A stretch of 46,517 nucleotides of DNA from the NCBI GenBank assembly GCA_031287215.1, contig JAITTF010000222.1, forward strand, positions 1 to 46,517, read 5' to 3'. Source of the DNA: Bacteroidales bacterium (GTDB taxonomy: Bacteria; Bacteroidota; Bacteroidia; Bacteroidales; WCHB1-69). Shown here one piece after another: positions 16,352 to 26,438 of the stretch (its first letter is position 1; each line of letters starts with the position of its first letter). Under the pieces are notes generated by a model. It saw nothing but the letters and a program-made list of their open reading frames with translations. It did no database searches and was not told where the DNA came from. A program made the translations under genes and the position numbers.

Positions 16352-17554
16352 TTACTCTTCCTCCTCTCCACCCTCCAGCATAGAAGCAATGTAAAAAGCA
16401 TTGGAAACTACGATCGTAGCCCCTATAGCAATCTCCTTTAACGGCGTTATTTCGGTATATCCTAACTCACTGATGCCGGTTACAACTTCTATAGGTTGAA
16501 AATAAAAAAGTTTTCCTTCTTCATTTCGGCTCTCTTTTTCTAACAAAAAGATATAATCTTTACCTCCCATGCTGACAATAGCTTCATTAGGTACGGCATC
16601 AGAGGAGTGCTTACCTACATTTATTAATGCCGTTACGTACATCCCCGGAAATAGTATAGGGGATTTTTTATTGCCTGCCGATGATTTATTAGGAGCATTT
16701 AACTGAGCGTGAACCGTGATGGCTTTTGTGCTATTCTCAAAAAACTTGTTCACACCATAGATTTTGCCTTGAAATTGAATGTTTTGTTGATTTGTAAGCA
16801 TAAAGTCCACCTCTTGCCCATTTTGAATCATATTGATATCCTTTTCAAAAACCCATATATCGCAATGTAATTGAGAGTTATCGCTCAAGGTCATGATAGG
16901 AGTTTGAATGTCAACATAACTACCAATATTGACCATAATTTTATCTATGGTACCTGAAATCGGAGCTTTGATAGGAATTTGAGTAACAATAGTGCCCGTT
17001 TCTATCGACTTGGGATTAATGGCTAACTGTTGTAATTGCTTTTCCAACCCCATGAATTGGGCAGAAGCTATTTGATGCGCTGCAGCGGCTTGTTGTAGCG
17101 TTTTTTCCACACCGGCACCTTTTAACGACAACTCTTCTTGTCGTTGGTAATTCTGTTCTGAAATCATAAACTCCTGTTTAGCAACTAAATAGTTCTTTTG
17201 CATCTCTACAATTTCTCTATTTTCTACGTAGGCTAATATTTGCCCTTCTTTAACTTCAGTACCCTCATACACAGGTATTTGTTTAATGATGCCACCCATG
17301 AGGGCATTCACACCTGCTTTTTTCTGAGGACTAAGAGCTAATTCCCCATTGGCACGCACAATGTGATTCAGATGGCGCTGCTCAATAGCTCCTATTTCAA
17401 TATTGACGGCTTCCATCTGATGCTCGGTAAGCATGATGCGCTCCACATCGTCAGCGCTCTCCTGCTCAATGGGTTCTACGGTTGTGTTTGTTTCTTTACA
17501 CGAAACTAAAAACATTAACACCAAAATAATGATCAAATAATGTATGGTTTTCAT
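16352..17554 (-). CDS. RND efflux periplasmic adaptor subunit (CzcB/CusB-like)
   Basis: Lipoprotein-like N-terminus ...FLVSCKE, a lipoyl/hairpin/beta-barrel layout, and its position in an operon with an RND pump and a TolC-like gene. Confidence 0.8.
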   Translation of the reverse strand: MKTIHYLIIILVLMFLVSCKETNTTVEPIEQESADDVERIMLTEHQMEAVNIEIGAIEQRHLNHIVRANGELALSPQKKAGVNALMGGIIKQIPVYEGTEVKEGQILAYVENREIVEMQKNYLVAKQEFMISEQNYQRQEELSLKGAGVEKTLQQAAAAHQIASAQFMGLEKQLQQLAINPKSIETGTIVTQIPIKAPISGTIDKIMVNIGSYVDIQTPIMTLSDNSQLHCDIWVFEKDINMIQNGQEVDFMLTNQQNIQFQGKIYGVNKFFENSTKAITVHAQLNAPNKSSAGNKKSPILFPGMYVTALINVGKHSSDAVPNEAIVSMGGKDYIFLLEKESRNEEGKLFYFQPIEVVTGISELGYTEITPLKEIAIGATIVVSNAFYIASMLEGGEEEE

Positions 17555-17627
17555 TTTTATTTATTTTTATTTTTAATTGTAATTCATTGATTTCAAAGGA
17601 AGACGTAGTTCGCCACGTCTCTACGGC

Positions 17628-18860
17628 TTATTGATTTAAATAATTCAACAATAGAATATTTTGATTCCACTGATTCAACGTGTTGGCACATTGCAAGTAT
17701 ATATCAAAGGCAGTTTTCATATTTTGGGCATATTCGATATAATTAATTTCTCCTTTTTCGTATGAAAGTTGGGACAATTGGATGATCGTTTTTGCTTGCT
17801 CTTTGCCTGTAGTATTATAATAATCCACATTTTTTAGTAATTGTAAATGCTCATTAAAGGCTATTATTTGTTCATTTTTCAATTGTTGAGAAGTAATATT
17901 ATGTTCAATTTTCGCAATTTCTACCTCTTTTTTTGCAGCTTTTGTTACGGCTAATTGTTCACCGAAAAAAAGAGGGATTTTTAGCCCTACTTCAAAATAG
18001 AGAAAATCTCCTTGCGTAAATTTATCACGAGAAACATGATATGGATTAACATTAGGTAGCATCAATTGGTTGCCGAGAGAAAAATGAAATTCGGGAATAA
18101 ATTTCTGACTTTGTAAGGAATACCGTTTTTGAGATACTTTTTGTTGTTGTTCCAAAATGGACAAAATAGGGCTACCTGAGAGCTTGTTATTGCTTGCATT
18201 TGCCTTCAATTGAGGAAGATAGTTCTCTTTAGTTTCTACTATTTGTGCACTATTGAGAACACTTTGCAGTTGTAAAAGCAAATTTTGATACTCTTGGTGA
18301 GCTTTCTGCAGGGATAGACTGTTCTCTTGACACATTCTTTCAGCATACATTTGTTCTAATCGACCGGCATCTCCCGCTTGGTATTTAGCAGTTGCTAAAA
18401 AAAGAAAGCTATGGTACAGAGTATCTTGTTGTTGAAGAATTTTAATGATCTCTTTTTGGCATAATAGCTGATAATATAAGGAAGAAAGTTCCTTAATCAG
18501 CAGTTGCTCTGTTAACACCAATTGGTTCTTTTCTAATTGAGTTTCCGCTTTCAATAAACGGAAGCGCGTAACATAGAGCGAAGGAAATTCAAATTCCTGA
18601 TTGATAGTGAGACTATTATCAGGATTGCCTCCTGAAGTAAGATCTTGCCCTAAAGCGAGTCCTGTTTTCCCGATATTAAAAGCGGTTCCTTGCAAATTTT
18701 TGGTCTTTTCTACCGACAATCGTTTGGCTTTCAGCGATAGATTCTCTTCCATAGCCATATTGATACACTCATCTAACGATTTTAGGTCGTTTTGGGCAAC
18801 AAGCAGGCTGCAAACAGGCTGTAATAAGAGAATGATGATGAAATGAGCTATTTTTTTCAT
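17628..18860 (-). CDS. TolC-family outer membrane efflux protein (CzcC-like)
   Basis: Signal peptide and two-fold repeated coiled-coil/beta pattern. Overlaps the pump gene by 4 nt. Confidence 0.8.
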   Translation of the reverse strand: MKKIAHFIIILLLQPVCSLLVAQNDLKSLDECINMAMEENLSLKAKRLSVEKTKNLQGTAFNIGKTGLALGQDLTSGGNPDNSLTINQEFEFPSLYVTRFRLLKAETQLEKNQLVLTEQLLIKELSSLYYQLLCQKEIIKILQQQDTLYHSFLFLATAKYQAGDAGRLEQMYAERMCQENSLSLQKAHQEYQNLLLQLQSVLNSAQIVETKENYLPQLKANASNNKLSGSPILSILEQQQKVSQKRYSLQSQKFIPEFHFSLGNQLMLPNVNPYHVSRDKFTQGDFLYFEVGLKIPLFFGEQLAVTKAAKKEVEIAKIEHNITSQQLKNEQIIAFNEHLQLLKNVDYYNTTGKEQAKTIIQLSQLSYEKGEINYIEYAQNMKTAFDIYLQCANTLNQWNQNILLLNYLNQ

Positions 18861-21800
18861 GAAATGATATTTTTATTTTTTTTATTGTAAAATAATTTAT
18901 ATAAAGAAGGTAAGACAAAGAGTGTCAATATAGTAGCTGTAATTAACCCTCCAATTACGACTGTAGCTAATGGGCGTTGCACCTCAGCACCGTCTCCGTT
19001 GGAGAGTGCCATTGGTAAAAAGCCGAGAGAAGCCACTAAAGCCGTCATAATTACAGGACGCAATCTTATTTTAGTTCCTTCGATAATACGCGCCATCACA
19101 TCCATAACACCCTCTTTTTTGAGGTGATTAAATTCGGCGATGAGCACTATGCCATTCAGAACAGAAACGCCAAAGAGCGCGATAAATCCTACTCCGGCAG
19201 AGATGCTAAAAGGCATTCCACGAACCCACAAAGCCCAGATGCCCCCAATCATGGACAAGGGAATTGCTGAAAATACAAGCAGTGATTGCCCTATATTTTT
19301 CAAAGTCAAATAGAGTAAAAAGAGAATTAACAGCAATGCTAAAGGTACGGCTACCAACAAACGAGATTTAGCTTGTTCATAATTCTTAAATTGTCCTCCA
19401 TAAGTGTAATAATAACCCGCCGGCAACTGAAATTCTTGGTCTAAAACATATTGAATTTCGCTTATCGTGCTCTGTACATCTCTATTGACAACATTAAAAC
19501 CCACATAAATCCTTCGTTGTCCATCTTCGTGACTGATTTGTGCCGGTGCATTTTGATATTGAATATCACTCACTTGAGAGAGTGGAATGCTTTTACCTGT
19601 TGGCAAGGGAAGACTCAGATTCTCTAAATTAGCAATGTCATTTCTGTCTGCTTTATCCAAACGCAATACTACGTCAAACCTACGATCGCCTTCATAAACA
19701 TAACCCGCTGTGTTTCCTGCAAATGCAGTTTTAATAATCATATTTGCATCTTTAATGTTGATTCCATAATTTGCCATTTGATTGCGATTGTAATTGACTT
19801 GAATTTGGGGTAATCCGCTCACTTTTTCCACAAAAGGCTCCGTAACCCCTTCCACATTTTTGATAAGAGATGCCACTTTTTGAGCCTGAGCAGAGAGCAG
19901 CTCTAAATTATTGCCATAAATTTTGATCGCCACATCTTGTCTAATCCCCGTAATAAGTTCATTAAAACGCATCTGCATGGGCTGAGACATCTCTACATTC
20001 ACACCGGGAAGAATACTCAACGCCTCTTCCATTTTCTCCATCAGTGCCTCTTTGGTTTTAGCGGCAGTCCACTCTTTTTTGGGAATTAGCGATACCATCA
20101 TATCTCCCCGTTCCACAGGCATCGGGTCGGTAGGAATTTCGGCACTTCCAATACGAGTAACAGCCTGTTTTACTTCCGGAAAATTATCTTTTAATATTTT
20201 TTCTGCTTGCGAAAAGGTTTGGATGACCTGCGTTAATGATGTCCCTTGAGACATACTAATTTCAACGGCAAAATCGCCTTCCTCAAGTGTTGGAATAAAT
20301 TCTCCACCCATACGATTAAAAACTAACAGGCTAACTATAAACAAAAGAACAATAGATGCAATTAAAGTTTTATTCCAATGAAGTACCTTCAAGAGTGCTA
20401 CTTGATATATTTTTTGGCATTTTTCAATAATAGTATCCGACAAATTGTGTTTATGGGTGGTCTTTTTGCTCAGAAAAAGGGCACTCGCCATCGGCACGTA
20501 GGTCAAGGAGAGTATAAATGCCCCCAGAATGGCAAAAAAGACCGTTTGAGCCATCGGTATAAACATTTTCCCTTCTATGCCGATGAGCGTAAAGAGCGGT
20601 AAATAAACGATGAGAATGATAATTTCCCCAAAGGCAGCACTGTTTCTGATTTTGCTTGAAGCGGTGAAGACCTCCTGATCCATCTGCTTTTGAGTGAGCT
20701 TATCACTGTTAAAGGACAATTTATTGCTGTTGATTCGATGGCAAATCGCCTCCACAATAATGACAGCCCCATCCACTATCAACCCAAAGTCAATAGCCCC
20801 AAGACTCATCAAATTACCACTAATGCCAAAAAGATGCATCATAGAAAGCGCAAAAAGCATCGCTAATGGGATTACGGACACTACAATCAGACCGGCACGC
20901 AGATCTCCCAACAGCAACACTAAAATAAAGATAACAATCAATCCCCCTTCAATAAGATTCTTTTCGATAGTACCCATCGTGCGATTTACCAACTCTGACC
21001 GGTCAATAAAAGGCTCTATCACAATACCTTCCGGCAGGCTTTTTTCTACCTGCTTAATGCGTTCCTTTACATTCTGAGCTACTTTTTGAAAATTTTCTCC
21101 CTTGAGCATCAAAGTAATACCAGCAACTACCTCCCCTTCACCATTGCGGGTAACAGCCCCATAACGAGGAGCATACCCAAACCGAACCTCAGCTACATCC
21201 CGAATGAGAATGGGGGTACCTTCAATCGTTTTGATCGGTATTTTACCAATATCTTCCAGAGAAGTAACCAACCCTAATCCTCGTATAAAATATTGTCGGC
21301 TATGTTGTTCTATGTAACTGCCGCCCGTATTTTCATTGTTGTTTTCGAGGGCAACAAAAATCTCAGGAATGGTAATATTTGCCCCATTTAGTTTATCACT
21401 ATTAACGGAAATTTCGTATTGCTTTACAAATCCTCCCCATCCGCTTACTTCAGCAACTCCTTCTGTTCCTGATAATTGTTTACGAACTATCCAATCTTGA
21501 ATCTCTCTAATGTCCGAGAGACTGTATTGATCTTCGTAGCCTTTGGCAGGATGAATAGTATAATGAAAAATCTCGCCTAATCCGGTAGAGACAGGAGCTA
21601 AACTGCTCACCCCGATACCGTGTGGAATGACCTCTTCTGCCTCTTTGAGTTGCTGACTGATCTGTTGCCTTGCCCAATAGATGTCGGTTTTATCCTCAAA
21701 CACGATGGTTACTACCGACAATCCGCTTCTGGAAATACTTCTCCTTTCGGTTACGAAGGGAATATTGGCAAATGCCATCTCTATGGGAGTAGTAATATAT

Positions 21801-21988
21801 TGCTCTACCTCTTGTGCCCCCAAAGAGGGTGCTTGTGTGATGACCTGCACCTGATTGTTGGTAATATCTGGATTGGCATCAAACGGTAATTGAGAGAGCG
21901 AATAGACCCCAAATGCTATTAATAGTATCGTTAGCAGAGAGATAACAAATTTATTTTCTATCGAAAACTTTATTATTTTTTGAAACAT
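18857..21988 (-). CDS. czcA: CusA/CzcA-family heavy-metal efflux RND transporter
   Basis: 1043 aa with a 12-TM RND layout. Contains ...GAIDFGLIVDGAVIIVE... and ...VGFIALFGVSVLNGIVLI... motifs typical of the HME-RND family. Confidence 0.9.
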   Translation of the reverse strand: MFQKIIKFSIENKFVISLLTILLIAFGVYSLSQLPFDANPDITNNQVQVITQAPSLGAQEVEQYITTPIEMAFANIPFVTERRSISRSGLSVVTIVFEDKTDIYWARQQISQQLKEAEEVIPHGIGVSSLAPVSTGLGEIFHYTIHPAKGYEDQYSLSDIREIQDWIVRKQLSGTEGVAEVSGWGGFVKQYEISVNSDKLNGANITIPEIFVALENNNENTGGSYIEQHSRQYFIRGLGLVTSLEDIGKIPIKTIEGTPILIRDVAEVRFGYAPRYGAVTRNGEGEVVAGITLMLKGENFQKVAQNVKERIKQVEKSLPEGIVIEPFIDRSELVNRTMGTIEKNLIEGGLIVIFILVLLLGDLRAGLIVVSVIPLAMLFALSMMHLFGISGNLMSLGAIDFGLIVDGAVIIVEAICHRINSNKLSFNSDKLTQKQMDQEVFTASSKIRNSAAFGEIIILIVYLPLFTLIGIEGKMFIPMAQTVFFAILGAFILSLTYVPMASALFLSKKTTHKHNLSDTIIEKCQKIYQVALLKVLHWNKTLIASIVLLFIVSLLVFNRMGGEFIPTLEEGDFAVEISMSQGTSLTQVIQTFSQAEKILKDNFPEVKQAVTRIGSAEIPTDPMPVERGDMMVSLIPKKEWTAAKTKEALMEKMEEALSILPGVNVEMSQPMQMRFNELITGIRQDVAIKIYGNNLELLSAQAQKVASLIKNVEGVTEPFVEKVSGLPQIQVNYNRNQMANYGINIKDANMIIKTAFAGNTAGYVYEGDRRFDVVLRLDKADRNDIANLENLSLPLPTGKSIPLSQVSDIQYQNAPAQISHEDGQRRIYVGFNVVNRDVQSTISEIQYVLDQEFQLPAGYYYTYGGQFKNYEQAKSRLLVAVPLALLLILFLLYLTLKNIGQSLLVFSAIPLSMIGGIWALWVRGMPFSISAGVGFIALFGVSVLNGIVLIAEFNHLKKEGVMDVMARIIEGTKIRLRPVIMTALVASLGFLPMALSNGDGAEVQRPLATVVIGGLITATILTLFVLPSLYKLFYNKKNKNIIS

Positions 21989-21991
21989 GAA

Positions 21992-22351
21992 TCAAATGAA
22001 ATTATTTATTATAAATGATGAATTAGATTTATTTATTACTACAAGGGGTTGCCAAATTGTATTGGACAAAGAGACGGCGTAAGGTTGTTGGTAAAATACA
22101 GGAAGGTCAAAACAAAATGACTGCACCTCAGCAATGACATTCGACGAAACTACTTCAACGGTAAAGCCGGCACAAGTAGTACACAGACAAAACGGCGAGC
22201 AGTCGCCCGCACAATCGTCCTTGGAACTGTTTTCTTGGTGAAATTGTACGTCAACAGGCTCTTTTTCAGCATGATTATCCACCGCAAAGCAACAAGGAGT
22301 AGCCGATAGCGACAAGATAAATACCGATAATAAAATTGACAAAAATTTCAT
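21992..22351 (-). CDS. Small secreted Cys-rich protein (DUF6660-like) leading the czc operon
   Basis: The start is placed at MKFLSILLSVFILSLSATPCC (22351). Contains DDCAGDCSPFCLCTTCAG. The stop lies 3 nt before the czcA-like start. The track start at 22414 lies upstream of the -7 box. Confidence 0.6.
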   Translation of the reverse strand: MKFLSILLSVFILSLSATPCCFAVDNHAEKEPVDVQFHQENSSKDDCAGDCSPFCLCTTCAGFTVEVVSSNVIAEVQSFCFDLPVFYQQPYAVSLSNTIWQPLVVINKSNSSFIINNFI

Positions 22352-22355
22352 GCTG

Positions 22356-22363
22356 CAAAGATA
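22356..22363 (-). promoter_or_regulatory. -7 promoter box TATCTTTG (czc operon)
   Basis: The minus strand reads TATCTTTGcagcATG, so the box ends 4 nt before the ATG. Confidence 0.5.
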
Positions 22364-22647
22364 ATGTTTTTTTGTTTTACAAACAACAGTAAAACACACA
22401 AGATTTAAGCACATTTCTATCTACTACTATCCTGTAAAAAAAGTAAAATCTAAAAAATATATTGTTGTATCACATTTAACACGCATAGAATAACTTTATA
22501 ATCATTAATTTTGCAGAATAACAAATAAAAAGTACAATAGACTGTCTTCATTAGGTAACCTTTGTTAGTTGTGTCTAATTTTCCGAGTACTTCGGAAATA
22601 AAAAAAACTTTTTTTTAAAAATCTATAGTATTTGTAAAAAAAAATAT

Positions 22648-22655
22648 TACCTTTG
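22648..22655 (+). promoter_or_regulatory. -7 promoter box TACCTTTG (pyrBI)
   Basis: Matches TAnnTTTG and overlaps the track start TTG at 22653. Confidence 0.5.
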
Positions 22656-22724
22656 CAGGTAGATTTAAATGGAGTCATAAACCATAAGTATAAACAATTT
22701 AACGCAAAAAAGGAGGGACATATT

Positions 22725-23648
22725 TTGTTAAAAGGCAGAAGTTTAATAGACCCATCAGATTTTACGAGAGATGAATTTCGTGAAATTTTTGATTTAGCAC
22801 ATCAAATTGTAGAAAATCCTGAAAGCTATAGAAAGAGTTGCAATGGTAAAATATTGGCAACTCTTTTTTATGAACCGAGTACCAGAACCCGTTTTAGTTT
22901 TGAAGCGGCAATGTTGAGATTAGGAGGTCAAGTAATCGGATTCTCAGAACCCAATTCAAGTTCGGCAGCTAAAGGAGAGAGCATTGCAGATACTATTCGC
23001 ACTATCGAATGTTATGCAGATATTGCCGTAATGAGACACCCGAAAGAGGGTGCCCCGAAAGTGGCAAGTCAGTACATCTCTATGCCGCTGATTAATGCCG
23101 GAGATGGTGGTCATCAACATCCTACGCAAACCTTAACCGACATTTTGACAATCGAAAGATTAAAAGGAAATGTCGAAAATAAAGTTTATGGTTTTTGTGG
23201 AGACCTTAAGTTTGGACGTACCGTTCACTCTTTAATCAAATTTTTGAGCAACTATAAAGGAGTGCGTTTTATTCTCATCTCTCCTGAAGAACTGCGCGTA
23301 CCGGAATATATTAGAGAAGAGGTCATCAAAAAATCGGGAATTCCTTTTGAAGAGGTTATTGAAATGGAACCTTACATGGGACAACTTGATTTTCTCTACA
23401 TGACCCGTGTACAACGTGAACGATTCTTTAATGAAGAGGATTATATCCGCCTTAAAGACCGTTTCATTTTGGATGCAGATAAGATGAAATATGCAAAAAA
23501 AGAGACCTATATCCTTCACCCGCTTCCACGTGTTAATGAAATTAGTACGGATGTGGATGCTGACCCCCGCGCCCAATATTTTGTTCAGGCAAAAAATGGC
23601 ATGTATGTACGTATGGCATTGATTTTGAAACTTTTAGGAATTTATTAA
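22725..23648 (+). CDS. pyrB: Aspartate carbamoyltransferase catalytic subunit
   Basis: Motifs [13 protein letters not shown] and HPLPR. The start is proposed at TTG 22725 ([18 protein letters not shown]...), 8 nt after AGGAGG at 22711-22716. The longest ORF begins at 22653, inside the promoter box. Confidence 0.9.
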   Translation: MLKGRSLIDPSDFTRDEFREIFDLAHQIVENPESYRKSCNGKILATLFYEPSTRTRFSFEAAMLRLGGQVIGFSEPNSSSAAKGESIADTIRTIECYADIAVMRHPKEGAPKVASQYISMPLINAGDGGHQHPTQTLTDILTIERLKGNVENKVYGFCGDLKFGRTVHSLIKFLSNYKGVRFILISPEELRVPEYIREEVIKKSGIPFEEVIEMEPYMGQLDFLYMTRVQRERFFNEEDYIRLKDRFILDADKMKYAKKETYILHPLPRVNEISTDVDADPRAQYFVQAKNGMYVRMALILKLLGIY

Positions 23649-23649
23649 T

Positions 23650-24084
23650 ATGTTAGAAATTACAAGTATCGATAAAGGTATTGTGATCGACCATATTCAA
23701 GTCGGATATGGTATCCAATTGTTTAACTATTTAAAGTTAGAAAAAGCTGACTATACGGTCGCGCTTATTCATAATGCTTTTAGTCAAAAAATGGGCAGAA
23801 AAGACATCATCAAAATCAATAACGAAATTGATATTGATTATAATTTTCTTGGATTAATTAACCCAAATATTACTGTTAATGTTATAGATAACGGTAAAAT
23901 AATAGAAAAAGTGAAATTAGAAGTGCCTCTTGAAGTTACTAATATTATTAAATGTCGTAATCCTCGTTGCATTACCTCTATTGAGACCTATTTTGACCAA
24001 AAATTTCATGTCGTTGACAAAGTGAAACGCTCCTATCGTTGCGAGTACTGCGATGATATCGTTACTCCTTATCCTGTAAAATAG
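23650..24084 (+). CDS. pyrI: Aspartate carbamoyltransferase regulatory subunit
   Basis: Begins 1 nt after the pyrB stop. Zn-domain Cys pairs CRNPRC and CEYC. Confidence 0.9.
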   Translation: MLEITSIDKGIVIDHIQVGYGIQLFNYLKLEKADYTVALIHNAFSQKMGRKDIIKINNEIDIDYNFLGLINPNITVNVIDNGKIIEKVKLEVPLEVTNIIKCRNPRCITSIETYFDQKFHVVDKVKRSYRCEYCDDIVTPYPVK

Positions 24085-24125
24085 CAATTTTTAGTTTTTA
24101 CTTTTATAATAACTAAACTATCATA

Positions 24126-24560
24126 ATGAACTATATAAGAAAAAAATATTTTTTGTTAATTGCTATAACAATGGTTTTCTTTTATTGTTCTTGTGATAAA
24201 TTTGTGCATCCAACCATTCCTGAAGTTTCATTAGATTTTACAATTCTTCCGGATGACCCTAATTATGGTCCATTAAATCACTATGGCGGTTATATGTATT
24301 TTACCGGAGGAGTTGAAGGGGTCATTGTTTATCGAGTAGATGGATGGACTTTTAAAGCATACGATAGGGCTTGTCCGTACGACTGGCAGGACATCAATTC
24401 TTGGAATAGAGTGGATGAGTCCGGAATCATTGTCATTGATACCTGTTGTGGTTCCAGATTTAATATTTTAGATGGTACAGTGATCAATGGACCTGCTAAT
24501 TATCCTTTAAAATATTACAGAACTAATTATGATGGCAGACGTCTCAGAATTTACAATTGA
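24126..24560 (+). CDS. Lipoprotein with a degenerate Rieske-like domain (hypothetical)
   Basis: Lipobox-like ...FFYCSC. Contains ...AYDRACPYDW...(23 aa)...DTCCGSRFNILDGTVINGPANYPL, which resembles Rieske C-x-H...C-x-x-H with both His positions replaced. Confidence 0.4.
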   Translation: MNYIRKKYFLLIAITMVFFYCSCDKFVHPTIPEVSLDFTILPDDPNYGPLNHYGGYMYFTGGVEGVIVYRVDGWTFKAYDRACPYDWQDINSWNRVDESGIIVIDTCCGSRFNILDGTVINGPANYPLKYYRTNYDGRRLRIYN

Positions 24561-25381
24561 GGCAACATTTCACAAACCAATTTTTCCATCAAAGGGCTTG
24601 CTTTGGCACTCGCTTGTAAGACCTCTTCATGAGATATTTTTTCGGATTTTCCTACAATTCCCAAGTCGGTAATTACCGATAAAGCAAACACTTCCATACC
24701 TCTATAACGTGCCATAATGGTTTCCGGTACGGTGGACATCCCCACAGCATCGGCACCCAAAATGTAAAACATTTTATATTCGGATGGGGTTTCGTAGCAG
24801 GGTCCTGTAACACCCATATAAACACCCTCTTGCAAATGGATCTGTAATTTCTCAGCTGTAGCAAATGCAATCTTGATCATCTTTTTAGAATAGGCTTCAC
24901 TCATCTCCAAAAAACGAGGTCCAAGGGTATCGTCATTCACACCAAGTAGCGGATTATTGCCAAACATATTGATATGATCTCTAATTATCATGATGTCTCC
25001 TACCTTAAAAGAGGGATTCATACCACCTGCCGCATTGGAAAGAATCACTTTTTCAACACCTACTTCTTTCAAAATCTGTATGGGAAGGGTTACCTCTTGC
25101 ATGGAGTAGCCTTCATAATAATGAAATCTACCGCTAAGAACAATGACCGGCACCCCATTCAATTGTCCATAAATCCATTCGCCACTATGTCCCACTACTG
25201 TAGATACCAAATATTCAGGTATTTCAGAGTATGGAATAACAGTCTTGTCGGTAATTAAGTTAACAAGATTACCTAAACCAGAACCTAAAACAATCCCTAT
25301 TTTAGGGGTTCCTAATTGTTTTGCTTTAAAAAAGGAGGCGATCTTTTCTATTCTATTTTTAGCTATTTGTTCTATGCTCAT
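24551..25381 (-). CDS. Purine nucleoside phosphorylase (PNP/MTAP family, inosine-guanosine type)
   Basis: Motifs GIVLGSGLG, SGRFHYYEGY, NAAGG, GPCYETPSE and VGMSTVPE. Confidence 0.9.
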   Translation of the reverse strand: MSIEQIAKNRIEKIASFFKAKQLGTPKIGIVLGSGLGNLVNLITDKTVIPYSEIPEYLVSTVVGHSGEWIYGQLNGVPVIVLSGRFHYYEGYSMQEVTLPIQILKEVGVEKVILSNAAGGMNPSFKVGDIMIIRDHINMFGNNPLLGVNDDTLGPRFLEMSEAYSKKMIKIAFATAEKLQIHLQEGVYMGVTGPCYETPSEYKMFYILGADAVGMSTVPETIMARYRGMEVFALSVITDLGIVGKSEKISHEEVLQASAKASPLMEKLVCEMLPQL

Positions 25382-26438
25382 GTTCTTTGATATGATTGAT
25401 TATAATTGAATTAAAAGTTTCTTCTTGATTATATAAAAATCTTATGCCAATCGGTAAATAGTAAATTGGAAGTTGATGAAACAGGGATTCAAATTTAAGG
25501 TCTTGCAAACGCATAAAATCTTTTTCTGTAGTCAAAATAGCAGGATTTTCGGTTTTATATTGCCCAATTTTTAATAAAATGTCTTGAACGTCTTCATCCG
25601 TAAAAAAATGATGATCAGGGTACTTAAAATGATGGTTGATAGCATATTGTTTTTCGACAAAAGCAACCAATGGACGAGGATTAGCTATCCCTGTGAGTAA
25701 AAAGAGCGAGGCATGGCTTAATGGAGTTAATTTTTCGGCTAATGAGTTTGCAGGTATTAAATTATGATAGTGAATAGTGGTAAAAAAGCACGCTTGTTGA
25801 GGGGTAAGTTTTAATTTTGTTAAAAATCTATTTTTCTCTTCTACAGTCAGTTGACGAGGGGTTTTAGTAACTATAATCATGTCGGCATGTTGAGCGGCAG
25901 CAGGAAATTCTCTCAAATGTCCCCCCGGGAGCGGATAATCATCAAAGAAGGGTTGTACAAATTCAGTAAGTACAAGCTTTAAGGTCGGTCGAAAAGAAAG
26001 ATGTTGAAAACCATCATCTAAAATAACAACATCCGTATTAGGATATTGATGCACCAATTTTTGAAACCCCTCTACCCTATTTCCAGACAAGACCAAGTTT
26101 ACTTTGGGAAACTTTCTGAAAAGCTGCAGGGGTTCATCCCCGATATTAAAAGCAGTAATTTGCTCATTATTGAGCTTTTTAGGGATTAGAAAACCCTTAA
26201 TTTTTCGTTTATAACCTCTACTTAAGATGGAGACCTGAAAATGATTTTGAAGTAGTTGCACTAAATATTCTACGTGTGGAGTTTTGCCAACACCACCGGT
26301 TTTAAGATTACCAACACAAATAGTTGGGAGGGTAGCATCGTAAACTTTAAGAATGTTTTTACAATACAGCCAACGCCTGAAGGCAGCAACTCCTCCGAAG
26401 AGCGCACTACAGATCAAAAACGGACATCCTTTTTTCAT
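25359..26438 (-). CDS. lpxK: Tetraacyldisaccharide 4'-kinase
   Basis: P-loop VGNLKTGGVGKTPHVEYL and LSRGYKR. The size is typical. Confidence 0.85.
   Translation of the reverse strand: MKKGCPFLICSALFGGVAAFRRWLYCKNILKVYDATLPTICVGNLKTGGVGKTPHVEYLVQLLQNHFQVSILSRGYKRKIKGFLIPKKLNNEQITAFNIGDEPLQLFRKFPKVNLVLSGNRVEGFQKLVHQYPNTDVVILDDGFQHLSFRPTLKLVLTEFVQPFFDDYPLPGGHLREFPAAAQHADMIIVTKTPRQLTVEEKNRFLTKLKLTPQQACFFTTIHYHNLIPANSLAEKLTPLSHASLFLLTGIANPRPLVAFVEKQYAINHHFKYPDHHFFTDEDVQDILLKIGQYKTENPAILTTEKDFMRLQDLKFESLFHQLPIYYLPIGIRFLYNQEETFNSIIINHIKEHEHRTNS

Noticed and set aside
17599-17626. GC-rich patch with alternative short hairpins (agacgt/acgtct or cgtag/ctacg) between the TolC-like and adaptor genes
   Set aside because: The stems are only 5-6 bp and mutually exclusive, with no U-run. 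It may be a minor intercistronic structure, but the support is not strong enough to call.
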